Shown here in pieces: positions 48,809 to 61,247 of a stretch of 64,000 nt of DNA. The stretch covers positions 2,170,001 to 2,234,000 of the forward strand of contig BQFW01000015.1 of assembly GCA_020891255.1 (NCBI GenBank), given 5' to 3'. This DNA comes from Entomortierella parvispora E1425. Lineage: Eukaryota; Fungi; Mortierellomycota. The translations under genes and the position numbers were made by a program. The notes below the pieces were generated by a model. The model saw only the letters and a program-made list of their open reading frames with translations. It was not told where the DNA came from and made no database searches. Position 1 is the first letter of the stretch. Every line of letters starts with the position of its first letter.

Positions 48809-50102
48809 ATGAGTGCTAAAGGTAGTCACATCACCGCATTCTCGGGACTGAGGGCGCATCCATCCATCGACATCCTCGCTTGATTCAATCAATCGATCTA
48901 TCGCTACAACTGCCTGTCGATTATCCAACCCTGTATCCGCCATGGAAACTTCTCACCAGCACTGCCAATATTCTCAACAACTTGAGGCGACAGGATCGGG
49001 ATCACCATTCAGATTCATTGGGCGAGACCCAACACAGTTGACAAGAAGAACCCTTCTGCCTTCTGTTGCTGGTTGTTGCTCTGCAGTGAAGTCGGTTGAG
49101 GCATCTGGATTCGCAATTGTGATCGCTAGGTGTCAAACTGAATCAACACAGACAGCGGGCACTCATTTCTCTGACACAACCTTTGCAAAAGACAAACGAC
49201 GACTCTGCTACCTGACGACTCGCCTTGCTATTGTTCAAAGCATTCCACGGATGAAATCAACTCTTGCTCTCTCGTTCGACAATCATTTGGACAAACAAAA
49301 GGATTTTGAAAACATCATGGAGAGACAACGCACCCAGAGATCTAGACACCAACCTCTCTTTCTCTCTTTCTCTTGGAAATTTGACCTTGTCTAGGTGGAG
49401 CCGCTTCCGGAAACAAGTTCCGCATGACCTTGGGTCTTCCCGTTGGTGCTGTCATGAACTGCGCCGATAACTCTGGCGCCAAGAACTTGTACGTTATCTC
49501 CGTCAAGGGAATTCACGGTCGTCTTAACAAGTTGCCCGCCGGTGGTGTCGGTGACATGGTTATGGCCACTGTCAAGAAGGGAAAGCCCGAGTTGAGAAAG
49601 AAGGGTGAGTGACACAGACCAGGATGTCAGAATATTCTTTTTGCATTGATCAGCCGTTGTCGATTCGAGTCCAGTCTTTTGGTCATGAATGGATCTCGTT
49701 CATGCAAAAACAAATAGACTGGCTTGAATCTGACCAGTTTGCAATTGCGCTGGAAACAAGAAAAGCGAGCTTGAACTCACACTGGAACGACTCTTTTCTC
49801 CTCAAATTCTAGTTATGCCCGCTGTCATCATCCGTCAGCGCAAGGCCTGGCGCCGTCGCGATGGTGTCTTCATCTACTTTGAGGGTATGTAGTTCACTCT
49901 GCGAGAGATCTAGACTGCATTCATTCATGTTGGAGACCTGATACTTATCATTTGTCTTTTTCTCTTTCATTTCACAGACAACGCCGGTGTCATCGTCAAC
50001 CCCAAGGGTGAGATGAAGGGCTCTGCCATTACCGGCCCCGTCGGTAAGGAGTGCGCTGATTTGTGGCCCCGTATTGCCTCCTGCGCCGGTACCGTCGTTT
50101 AA
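48809..50102 (+). CDS. RPL23: 60S ribosomal protein L23 (uL14), 4 exons
   Basis: Exons 48809-48821, 49395-49604, 49813-49884 and 49978-50102 give [58 protein letters not shown]. Confidence 0.97.
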
Positions 50103-50604
50103 ATTTCTCCAATTACAAACAACGGAATCTATCAGCTCAAGAAGATGCAAAGAAAATAAAACATTGGTTTCTATCCACTCATCATCTCAAATGACTTTGA
50201 GCAGGGACCACCTGCTGATCGACGCCGAAGCTATGTGTCTATACTACTTAATTCATCTGCAGTACGCTTTTCGCTTCACCCCTGGATGTGTTATTGGCGG
50301 CAAAGCTCACAGCGTCCCTCATAACCGAAAGAGCCTGTACGACTAGGTATCCAATTGAACGTTCAGAGACAGACTACTTGACTCAATTGACCTCAACTAC
50401 TCTGTGCACTTCATTTGTGAGATGCCTCTACATCAAAAAATGATGTCCCTAATCTTCACTGTCTGTTTATATGAGGCTGAAAAGCTCCTTTCTTTTATTC
50501 TGGCAAAAATATCGAGTGGTCTGTCAAAGCTATCATGGCCATCACTGTGGTGCATCCTGAGAGTTCAGATCCCTGCGGTGTATTGTATCTGTTGAATCCT
50601 GAAA

Positions 50605-51438
50605 TTAAACAATGTTACGGAGAACTATTATGTAGGAGGAAAGGAAAGACGTTGGTTGAGTTTTAGTGAAAAAAGAAATCTGCAGAATAGATCCTCGATC
50701 ATTGCAAGTCCCAATCAATGAGACAGCTACATCGACATCAGCACATCATCAAAAGGCAGAGGCAAGGAACATGACCTACCAAGAATGACAGAGTCTCCAC
50801 GCAAGAACAATTTGCTGATGAAGCGTTCCTTGTTGACGGGCTTTGCCTTCTTTCCCTTGCTGTTCTTTGGTACTTCTGTCCACATCTATGATTCAGGAGT
50901 TTATCAAGACTGGTCAGCATCGATCATTGATAGTAACCTGGTCATGCAACCAAAGCGCTGGGTCAATCCACTCTAATTTTTTGTTGCACATCCATATCGC
51001 CTCCCTGCTTTCCCTCTCTTGTTTATGACCAGCTTGTCCTGGATGTGGTGCTTTACCTCCTTGACGTTCTCCAAGACCATGTTGCAGTGACGATCGAACG
51101 CCTTGACTCTGGCAAGGAGCTTCCTGTTGTTTCTGCAGCTGATAAGAATCTGAGTGTGGTTCTTGACGGACTGCTGAAGAACTGACAATGGACCAGTGTT
51201 GAACTCTTCTTCTTCCAGGATGCGGAGCTCCTCCTCGGTCATTTCACTCTTTGGCTTTGAACTGCTAATGGAATGGAAAGCAAGGTCCAGTATACGCGTA
51301 AGTGTGTAATCGACAACATCCTGCAGCTCTTCCTTTGTTATTGAATGCATGCATCCTATTGCATTGCCATCAGCAATGCAGAGCAGAAGCCGTGGGTCCA
51401 TGACAGACGGTGGCACTGGACCATGATCTGTACCTCAT
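50605..51438 (-). CDS. SMD2: Small nuclear ribonucleoprotein Sm D2, 4 exons (5-nt first coding exon)
   Basis: Exons 51438-51434, 51264-51057, 50885-50780 and 50624-50605. Motifs [63 protein letters not shown]. Confidence 0.96.
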
Positions 51439-51457
51439 GATGGATATATGTGAAAAG

Positions 51458-51492
51458 AGTGTGTGTGTGTTGTGTAGAGAGAGAGAGAGAGA
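51458..51492 (+). repeat. Compound (GT)n(GA)n microsatellite in the SMD2/DAD1 bidirectional promoter
   Basis: GTGTGTGTGTGTTGTGTAGAGAGAGAGAGAGAGG visible. Confidence 0.8.
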
Positions 51493-51728
51493 GGGGATGA
51501 CCTTCGATGGGATGCAATCACATGGATCTGTTTGCACCCACAGAGGGAGGCGCGGACTTGTTTCTTCCACACTCCGCCAAGCCACTTTCGCGGTCATTTC
51601 TGCAATTCATCCCTTTTTGTCCATCATCATCTTCGACGCGGACAACGAAAGACTCGCATTCGTCCTTGACTCTGTTCATCCTCTCATCTTCCGCCTACCT
51701 CATCTTCATTCACCTTCCTCTACTCGCC

Positions 51729-52463
51729 ATGGATGAAATTAAGAGTGCCTCCAACAGCCTGCTGGCATCCTACGTCAAGGGTAAAGGAAGCCTCCTCTGC
51801 TAGCTTCTCCCACATGCCTGCCGTTACGCGACTTGCAGTGGACTTCGTACATGCCTAAAGCAACCTCATGCTAACTGAATGTTACCTCTCCATACTTGCA
51901 TCTCGGTCACCATCAATAACGCCATTCTGTTAATGTCGCCATCCTCACATTGGACCTTGACTGACTCCTAAACAGACACTCCAAAGTCCTTGAAGTTGAT
52001 TGATGCCTACATGGTTTATATTCTTTTGACTGGCATCATCCAGTTTGTCTACGTGGTCATTGCTGGAACCTTCCCAAACAACGCCTTTTTGGCTGGATTC
52101 ATCTCGACCGTCGCTGGCTTTGTTCTCGCTGGTATGTGTCCCTGATGATGAAGACTTTATATTACAGGAAGGATCGTAACGTAGAACTGAGTGAGATGGC
52201 TGACTCTTCCTTGACCTGTTTTGCCATTGCAGCCAACCTTCGTATTCAGACCAACCCCAAGAACGCCTCTCAGTTCCCAACCACCAGCCCCGAAAGGTAA
52301 GATAAACGAATTGTTCATTAAAGGATGACCACAATTGCTCCAGCAGCCGAAAGGGGTTGATCTGACTCGATGAATTTCTGTGCTGCATGTCTTTAGGGCC
52401 TTTGCTGATTTCTTGGCCTGCAACATTGTTGTCCACTTTGCTGTTGCCAACTTCCTGGGTTAA
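51729..52463 (+). CDS. OST2: Oligosaccharyltransferase subunit DAD1/Ost2, 4 exons
   Basis: [49 protein letters not shown]|AFADF..HF..NFLG stop. Confidence 0.95.
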
Positions 52464-53243
52464 AGAAAAAAAGAAACAAGGACATGGATCAAGGATGCAC
52501 ATCACTTTCAACAGCAACGAGAACCTGGAAGCAAAAGATGGACGGCTTTACGAATTGTCTTCATCTTCTTTTACCCTTACTTCCCATATCTCGAGCCATT
52601 GAGATCCGCGTCCCTCCCCTCTTTCCCACCCCTCCCTGAACTGGGATCTTATCCCTGGAACATCTACCCATCCCTCTTACGTCGCTTGTAAAATAAAATT
52701 ATATACTCAGGTAACTTGTGGACCGTGCTTTTGCACACGTTGCAGCAAACAACTTTGATCTGGTGGCATCGATACATATTGGTACCCGAGAGGGCAAGAA
52801 CGTGTAATCCTACACCACGATGGTCCTATGCAGTGGCTTGATCGGCAAAATGTGAATGCAGGTCCCGGCAATTAGGCGCCACTTGCGCCGTTATATGAAA
52901 CGCGATGATGAGCTCCAGCTCAGATTATCCGCGCTAAGCTTCCAAGCTTTGAGGAACATGTTGACTATCCCGCACCCACAACGTCCAGCGGGCGGCGCGA
53001 GTGCGTGAAAAAGGGAGGAGAGACGATACGATGCGACACGATTGCGCAAAAGCAAATGAGGACAAAGTTGGGCCCTCCTTCTGATCCTTCCGATTTCCTC
53101 TTTCTCTCCTGCCTGGATCATCCTTGTGTTCTCACGCCTATCTATCTCTCTCTGTCTTTTTCTCTTGCTCTTTTTCCATCTCCCCCCTTGATTATACAAC
53201 CTATTCAGCTTACTCTGTCAACCCCGAAAAAGAAAGAAGCACC

Positions 53244-56200
53244 ATGCCTGCCAATGGAGACACCAGCCCATTGATCCCTCCTGATTCATCCGCCGAGATT
53301 CGACGACTGAATGATTCGACTGTTCACAAGAAGCATTGGATGAGGTAAGGACAGAAAAGGAATCCCCATGTAAAGAGCTCCGCGGGCAGTTTACTAACCC
53401 TGTTCGTCTTCGCTTGTGCCTCAAACTCCTTGACTCGTGTTGCTCGCAGATGGGGCCCCTATCTTTCTGAACGACAGTGGGTAAGTGGACGAAAGAGCCC
53501 TCGCCTTCCTTGACACGCTTGAGGCGACGCGCTTGTCCAACAAACGCGTTTCTCATCGCCAGTCTCTGTCTCCTTTTTTCATCCATCCTTAGGCAACTGT
53601 GCGCGAAGATTACAGCGCCGATGGCGATGCGTGGCGATCTTTCCCACACGAACAGGCTCGATCCAGGACGTATCGTTGGGGCGAGGACGGACTCGCAGGC
53701 ATCTCGGACAACCATCAACGACTCTGCTTCTCAGTGGCACTCTGGAACGGACAGGACAAGATCCTGAAAGAAAGACTCTATGGCTTGACAAACCATGAGG
53801 GCAACCATGGCGAGGATGTCAAAGAACTGTACTATTATATCGATAATACGCCTACTCACTCCTACATGAAGGTAGCATTCCTGCTTGGAAATGGAATCCA
53901 TGGTGCAGATCTGGCTCTCTTTTTGTTTTTGAACTTGACCAACTCGTTTTGTGTCAATAGTATCTGTACAAGTACCCTCAGGCTGCCTATCCTTACGAAC
54001 AACTCGTGGCAGATGGTTCAAAGCGCAGCCGAACGGAACCAGAGTACGAAATCTTGGAGACTGGGGTCTTCAACGAGAACAGGTACTTTGATGTCTTTGT
54101 CGAGTACGCCAAACATGGGGAGGATGTGGACGACGTCTTGATCAAGATCACGGCTCATAATCGAGGGCCACAGGATGCCCCTTTGCAGATCATCCCTCAG
54201 TTTTGGTTCAGGAACAACTGGAGCTGGTTCCCCGAAGGCGAAGTCCCTATCCCCTCTATTAAGAAGACTGGGGATCTGGTTATGGAGGCTCAGCACGAAT
54301 CTCTAGGACCTCGATGGATCCATTTTGGAAAGAACAGCGGAACCAACCAAGGAGTACCCGAGCTCATCTTTACCAACAACGAATCCAATCTCGAAAAGCT
54401 GTACAATGACAAGAACCATGCCCAGTATGTCAAGGATGGATTCCATGAATATGTGATCCGAGGCAACAACGAGGCAATCAACAAGAAGGACTTCCAGGGC
54501 ACAAAGGCCGCAGGTCTGTACAAGTTTGACAGGGTCCCTGCAGGAGGTTCGGTCGAGGTCCGCATTCGATTCAACAAGAACCAGAACTCGTCTGCATCAG
54601 AGCAAGCCTTGACCTCAGACTTTGAGGATATCTTCCAAAAACGTATTCAGGACATGGAGGAGTTTTACGGCAAGATGATGATCCCCAATCTGCCAGACGA
54701 CCTGCGGGGCGTTCAGCGTCAGGCACTTGCGGGAATGCTGTGGTCCAAACAATGGTATCATTTCGATCAACGGGCATGGCGCAAAGGTGACCCACAAGGA
54801 ATGCCTCCGCCTCCCGAGAGATACAACTTGCGGAACAAGGAATGGAAGCACATGTTCATCGACGATATTCTGTCGATGCCGGACAAGTGGGAGTACCCAT
54901 TCTTTGCGGCTTGGGACATGGCCTTCCATACAATTCCGTTGTCGATCGTGGACCCGACATTCGCCAAAAAGCAGTTGGATCTACTGACGCGTGAATGGTA
55001 CATGCATCCTTCTGGACAAATCCCTGCGTACGAATGGAACTTTTCAGATGTGAATCCCCGTAAGTGAAATAGGCATCGCAATCATAGAACTGCACTCTTC
55101 CCTTGGTTTTTTGTGACAGCGGTTGGATGCTAAAGTTTGCTTACGCGTTTTCTTTCATTTTTATAACATGTAGCTGTGCATGCATGGGCGACTCTCCAGG
55201 TGTTCAAGACTGAGTCGCGCATTTACGGTCGGCAGGACAAGTTGTTCTTGGAACGCGTCTTCCAAAAGCTTTTGCTCAACTTTACTTGGTAAGCGGGTCT
55301 CGATTGAAATGGGACTGGAGGGCCATAGTACGCAGTAGTGACTCAATACTAAGAGACCTTCGATGCTTTCTCTAGGTGGGTCAATCGCAAGGACACTGAG
55401 GGCAATAATGTGTTTGAGGGCGGATTTCTGGGACTGGATAACATTGGACTCTTCAACCGATCCGAACCTTTGCCCAATGGAGCAACACTCCGACAAGCCG
55501 ACGGGACCTCTTGGATGGCCTTTTTCTCTCTTTGCATGTAAAGCATGTCTTTGCCTTGAACGTGTGCCGTTCATCTACGATCTGAAGGGAAACATGGCAT
55601 CATTGAACTAATGACTGTCACCACCAAACCATTTACAGGTTACACATTGCCTTGGAGCTGGCCAAGACTAATATGGCCTATGAAGGTAAGCATGGATGCT
55701 CCTAGTAACAGTCAGATATGGGAGTAGTTACGAAAGGACTGACGAAGCGTACGTTCTCTTGGATTCGTGTTACAATAGATATCGCGTCCAAGTTCTTGGA
55801 GCACTTTTTCCTCATTTCGGATGCAATGACCTATCATTCAGGAGGACAAGAAAAGTCTCTTTGGGATACGACTGACAACTTCTTTTACGACTCGATCTCG
55901 TGGCCCGGTGGTGGAACTCAGCGTCTGAAGACGCGTAGTTTAGGTAAAACTCATGGTCTTGTTCTTGATTTAGCGTTTAGAAAGGACATCTCATTCTGAT
56001 TCATATTCTTTACTGCTATTCTAGTCGGTCTGATCCCTTTGTTCTCGTCTCTATCCTTGGACCCAGAGTACTTGGATCTCTTCCCCGGCTTCACCAAACG
56101 ACTCGACTGGTTGTTAGAGTACCGCGAAAAACATCGACCGGCGCGTGTCTTTAAAAAGGAAGACATCAAAGAGAACGGTTCCTATCTTTTAGCGCTCGTG

Positions 56201-56845
56201 GATCAGACTATGCTTCGGGCTGTCCTGTCTCGTCTTTTGGACGAGGGCGAGTTCCTGTCCCCTTTCGGTATCCGCTCCTTGTCCAAGTTCCACAAAGATC
56301 ACCCGCTCTCCATGTGGATGAATGGTCAAGAGTTCAGGGTCGATTACTTGCCTGCGGAATCCGATTCTGGCATGTTTGGCGGCAACTCGAACTGGCGAGG
56401 GCCGATCTGGTTGCCGACCAATTACCTGCTGGTGACGTCCCTGAAGCGATTCCATTACTTTTATGGTGACGATTTCAAGGTCGAATGCCCGACCGGCTCG
56501 GGTCAACTCAAGAACCTTTTGGAGATTGCCTGGGAGATCGAGGTGAGACTGGTCAAGTTGGTCCAGAGAAACGAACACGGTCAACGAGCTGCCAATGGAG
56601 GCGACGAACGATCGGACAAGGACCCATTCTTTAAGGACTGGGTCTTGTTTTACGAATATTTCGATGCAGAGACTGGGAAAGGATTGGGAGCCTCCCATCA
56701 GACAGGCTGGACTGGCCTTTTGGCCATGATTGTACACCAGGTCGGAGACAAGTGCTACGGTGGAAAATCCAGTGAACGAAAGCCGCTCAAGACAGCGGCA
56801 GCTGCAGGCGTGTCTTCTAAAAGGGCCAATGGTCGACATCATTAA
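53244..56845 (+). CDS. GH63/MGH1-like glycoside hydrolase (yeast YMR196W-like glucosidase); multi-exon
   Basis: [127 protein letters not shown]. Confidence 0.88.
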
Positions 56846-57179
56846 AATGGGAGCATCCAAAGAGGACGACCAAAGAGATACTGCCTTTTTGAAGAAAAGG
56901 ATGAGATTCTAATCACATAGCGAGGGGTATGAGACTGACAAGTGCCCTTCCTCCCCCCCATTAAAACACACCATCGACAGGATTTTTTGAACGAGAATAT
57001 ACATTTTACAAGATAAAAAAAAAAGAAAGAAAGGAAAAAATAAGTTCTCTAACGAAGCTACTGGCAAAGACAACAAAAAAGAAAAGGGCGGATGCAAATG
57101 TTGCAAAGAAAAAAAAAGTCGATATTCGAGCAAAGAGAGGAGAGAGGGGGGTATTTTTCTAAATCTTGCGGCGACCAGT

Positions 57180-60100
57180 CTAAAACTTCTGAAGACCGGC
57201 ACTGGCAATGTATTGATTCCACTCATCCCAGTCGATGGTGCTGGGGATTCCATAGAACGGGTTAGGAACCGCCATCAAGTTGGGATCTTGAACAATCTCC
57301 TGGTTGGGGAACAAGGCCAGGCTCGCATAGTCTTCTTGCCCCGAACTCGTTGTTGGTGGTGCTGAAGAAGTTGTGATGCCCATGCATGTTTGAGTTTGTT
57401 GGCCGTTGTTGATCTGGCCGTTGCTGATATTACAACTATGATTGCTGTCACCATTGTGTTTGGGCTCATTATTGGCTCGTTGCTGGTGCTGAAAGCCCCC
57501 CATTCCCATAGAAAACCCGGAAGGGTACAGGTTATCCTGGCCCAAGCCAGGCTCGTCCTTGCATCTCACATCATATTGCTGCTGGTATTGCTGCTGCTGT
57601 TGTTGCTGCTGTTGTTGCTGTTGTTGTTGCTGCTGCTGCTGCTGCTGTTGATGTTCTTGCTGTCGCTGCTGTCTTTGTTGTTCCTGCAATCTCATGTTCA
57701 GCTGATGTTGCTGCAGAAATTGCTGCTGCTGCAAATATTGCTGTTGTTGCTGTTCAAGCTGCTGCTGCTGGAACGGGTCTAACGGTTGACGCTGGTTCGT
57801 AGCCCCTTGAGAAAGTGATTGTTGTTGTTGAACACTGCGCTCCTGAAGAGCCAAGGGCGATGAGAACAATGGCGTCACCGAGAAGGGTTGGGCATGCAAT
57901 TGCGACTGTGCCTGTGACACCGTTGACGAATGTGTGGACGACACTGGTTGCTTGGGCAAATGTTCACCCTCCACTTGTCTGTAATCCACAAAGGCCTGAC
58001 CCTGAGTAAACATGCCAGGAGTGGACAGCGACGAGTAGGTGAACGCAGGTGCATCTCCTTGGGTAGGTGACGAAGTACTTGCTGCAGCAGAGGGCTGGAA
58101 GAGCAACGAGTTTCGCTGAGAAGTTCCTTTTCTGGACTTTTTGGGCTTGACAGGGGTGGATGCAGCGCCATTCAAGTGAGAAGTTGCCGAAGAGGGGGTG
58201 GTCGCATTATGATGGAGTAGCGAGTCCTCGGCGCCAGTCGGCTCCTGCTTGATCTCGTGCAAATCCGGGTTGTTGATCGACGTGGTCGAAGGCGAAGACG
58301 AAGGGGTGCTGCTGTCCGATGATGGAGTTTGGGGACCACCAACCTTGGGTGAGAACAACAGCGTACCTCCAGAGGGATGGTGTTGGTCCCGGAGAACGAT
58401 GGGATACGTGTTATCAGCGTCTCCTAGCTTGGCAATCATCAAAGGCTCCATCGATCGTCCCTGAGATTTGTACTCTTCAAAGTTCAAATGCGCACACATC
58501 AAATCCTCCAGGATGACAGAGAATCTTGCGGCATTGAACCATCGCATGCCTAAGCCCTTCATATAGCTGATTGTCTTGACCAGATTCTTGCGTGCCTGCG
58601 TTTGCAATCTCATGTCAAGCGACGCCGAGTTGGTGAGATGAATTAAGGATGCAGTGAAAATCTCGTAGGTAGTGAAGCTCCAAGTGTCACTGAGATTGTC
58701 ATCATGAGCCAGTCGCTCGGCCATATGAGTAATAGAGTTGGCAGCCGACACACAGATGTTCAGAGAGGGCATCGACTCTGACAGCTTTGCTTTTGTCATC
58801 GTGGAAGGAACCATGTAGGGTCGGTGCAGCAAGATCAGAACCGCATCTATTTTTTTTCCCACCAATTTTTTTTTTAAAAAAAAGAGTAAGTTGGCAATGT
58901 TTTCAAAAAAAAATAAACCCTTGATCAACAACATTGCATGAACTTACAATATGAGATATGAATAGTTGCAACCCAGCGGTTAACAGTCGTCGGGTTCTGC
59001 TTGTGATCATATTTGAGGTCCGGTGGGAGAGCCAAGAGCCACTTTGTAAGCATTGTATCAAGATCCGCGACCGTGGAGCTGACTTGTCCTGGGCCATAGC
59101 TTCTTGTACCGGCTGAATAGACGCGCTGAAGAATCTGGCCAAGAATCTGAGCAAGCTTGATCGTCTCCACGAAATACCGCAGCGCAAACGACGATTCTTC
59201 TTTCAGCTTCTCGCTCTCCTCACTCGGTGAGGATCCATTACTACCTTCAGGATCAGCCCAGTCCTGCTCCACTGCGGATGGATAGTCGACATCACAATCG
59301 ATGTCGTCAATCGCAACGGGTTTTCCCATACAGGCGCTCACCCATCGGTCCATAATATAGCAAGCCCACCAAAGTCGTTTCCTAATCTCAGTCTCCAGCG
59401 GCGGTAGGTGCCAACGAGCAGAGTTGCGATGCATCCCCAAGTCCTGAGCCATTCGAGTGGCCATACCCAACATAACCCAAACGCGACCTCCTGATTTCGC
59501 GCTAGTGAAGCGATAGGTGACCATGAGCAAAAGGGCTTGGATGGATGACTGTCTCGGCAACTCGTATTCAATATCAACAAGTCTCTTAGCTCGGTCAAAA
59601 TATTCGTCTCCGAAGCCCTCGGGATCGTGGCCAATGAGCTCTGGGTGAGTGGAGAAGCGGGATGCAATTGCGAACATGGCAAACAACAAGGCAAGAGGAG
59701 GTCTTTTGGCCGGGTCTGTGTTTTTGTACTGCCGCATGAAGGTGGGTTTGTGAAGAACAGGCATGTTGGGATGGACGAACTTGAAATAGCAGTCGATAAG
59801 ATGATCAGCGAGATCCCTTGGCGGCATGGTCATCTCATTCTCGAGTTGAACAATTAGGGCCTCCTTGTGCATCAGCCAGTCCCTATGCTCCTTGATTCGG
59901 AGGGGAACCATCAAATAACCGTTTTTGAGAAGCTGGTTTCGCTGAAGCATGTCGATGCCTGAGCTATTGCCAAGATATCGCATGAATCCACCGTCATCCA
60001 AGGTCATGGTTGTCAGGCCTTCCGAGATGGAATTGATCTTTTCTCTTGCATCCAAGTCAAAAGGCAGCACTTCTCCCTCATCCTCCTCAGTTGACTCGTT

Positions 60101-61247
60101 ATGGAACAGCCCTTGCCTATTGAACTCTCCTGGAGAAGAATCGTGGTGATGTCGGTTGGCGAAAGGCATATGGTGGAAATGAGGAGTGTCCGGTGATGGA
60201 GGCCAGGTAGTGTCTATGGATTCCAGATCGTCTTCGTTTTCTTCTCTCCAGCTGTCCAGATCAGCCTTGGAACGCTCTCCACTCTGGACAAGTCCTCCCA
60301 ACAGATTTTCCATGCGGTGCAGTCTGTTTTCAAGAGCTTCGATATAGCCCTTAGGAGGCCCTCTTTTCTTTGCGGAGTCATTGAACCTGTAGGTAGCAGA
60401 TATTAGAGATGGACACAATTAACAATCAGGAACGATGTCCAGAACGACTCTATCCGGCTGTTGTTGAAGGCCACTTACGTGCATTGAAAGCCAAACGTCG
60501 TGCAGTTCGTACATGAGGGCTGAATACCATCGCAGCGGACTTTCTTCCTTCTGCAGGTGTCACTATGAGATGGAAGTGTACAAAGACTATGAGTACTAGG
60601 GAACATGCCAGCACTGGTGGCGACTGCAATTCTTGCAGCGCCTTTAATATCAACCCGAGGGCGCTGTGGGTAGTTCCCGATCCAAAATCGAGGGGTGGAT
60701 GCATCCGCCCTCCTCTCCACCCTCTTTCAGACGTATTAATATAATGACCATCATGGTCCCAAGGAATAGGATGAGTCAAGTCGAGCGGTGTGGTTGGAAT
60801 CGGCTGAATCGGCTGATCAGTTTTCTCGAGAATGATTGCTCTCTCCCTCTGCCTCCCCCCCTCTCTCTCTCCCTCTCTCTCTCCCTCTCTCTCTCCCTCT
60901 CTGCTCTGCTTTGCAAAGTAGAGCAATAGCCTCACCCGCTGCACCCGGGTTTCCTAGTGCAGAGGTGTGGGGGAGAGGGATGATTCAAGGATGGTGTCTT
61001 TGTGCCTCCGCCCTCATTCCTCCACTGTAAGCTCCACATGGACAGGCGGCATCCAGATTACAATGTTTGACCCGATTTAGCCGGTTGGCAGCGGTTCGTC
61101 AAAGGCCCGAGGGTCAGCACCGTGCTCCTTTGGACAAGAGCAGTCCACAGGGACCAAAAAGTAAAATAAAAAAAATCGATTTCCTGACACTTACCACGCC
61201 CTCGAGACTCGTCGGCGTTTTGCATCCAGCTGCTCCTGAGTGGACAT
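57180..61247 (-). CDS. Zn(II)2Cys6 transcription factor with fungal-specific middle homology domain and polyQ C-terminal region
   Basis: Exons 61247-61195, 60562-60479, 60386-58948 and 58846-57180. Motifs KRRRVSRAC|DTCRRKKVRCDGIQPSCTNCTTFGFQCT, KRGPPKGYIEALENRL, YF..VHP..PVLHK..F, GMATRMAQDLGMHR, RKRLWWACYIMDR, LLHRP. Confidence 0.93.
57560..57775 (-). repeat. CAG/CAA trinucleotide repeat encoding the polyglutamine tract of the Zn2Cys6 TF
   Basis: Plus strand shows (TGC/TGT)n runs; translation gives QQQQ tracts. Confidence 0.93.
60838..60902 (+). repeat. CT-rich microsatellite-like tract within intron 1 of the Zn2Cys6 TF
   Basis: Repeated CTCTCTCTCC units visible. Confidence 0.8.

Noticed and set aside
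48942-49394. 150-codon ATG-initiated ORF inside RPL23 intron 1 whose stop is the acceptor TAG
   Set aside because: No coding-like composition or motif; the stop coincides with the splice site simply because acceptors end in YAG.
57390-57782. Leucine-rich, membrane-protein-like ORF on the + strand
   Set aside because: Antisense reading of the polyQ (CAG/CAA) tract.
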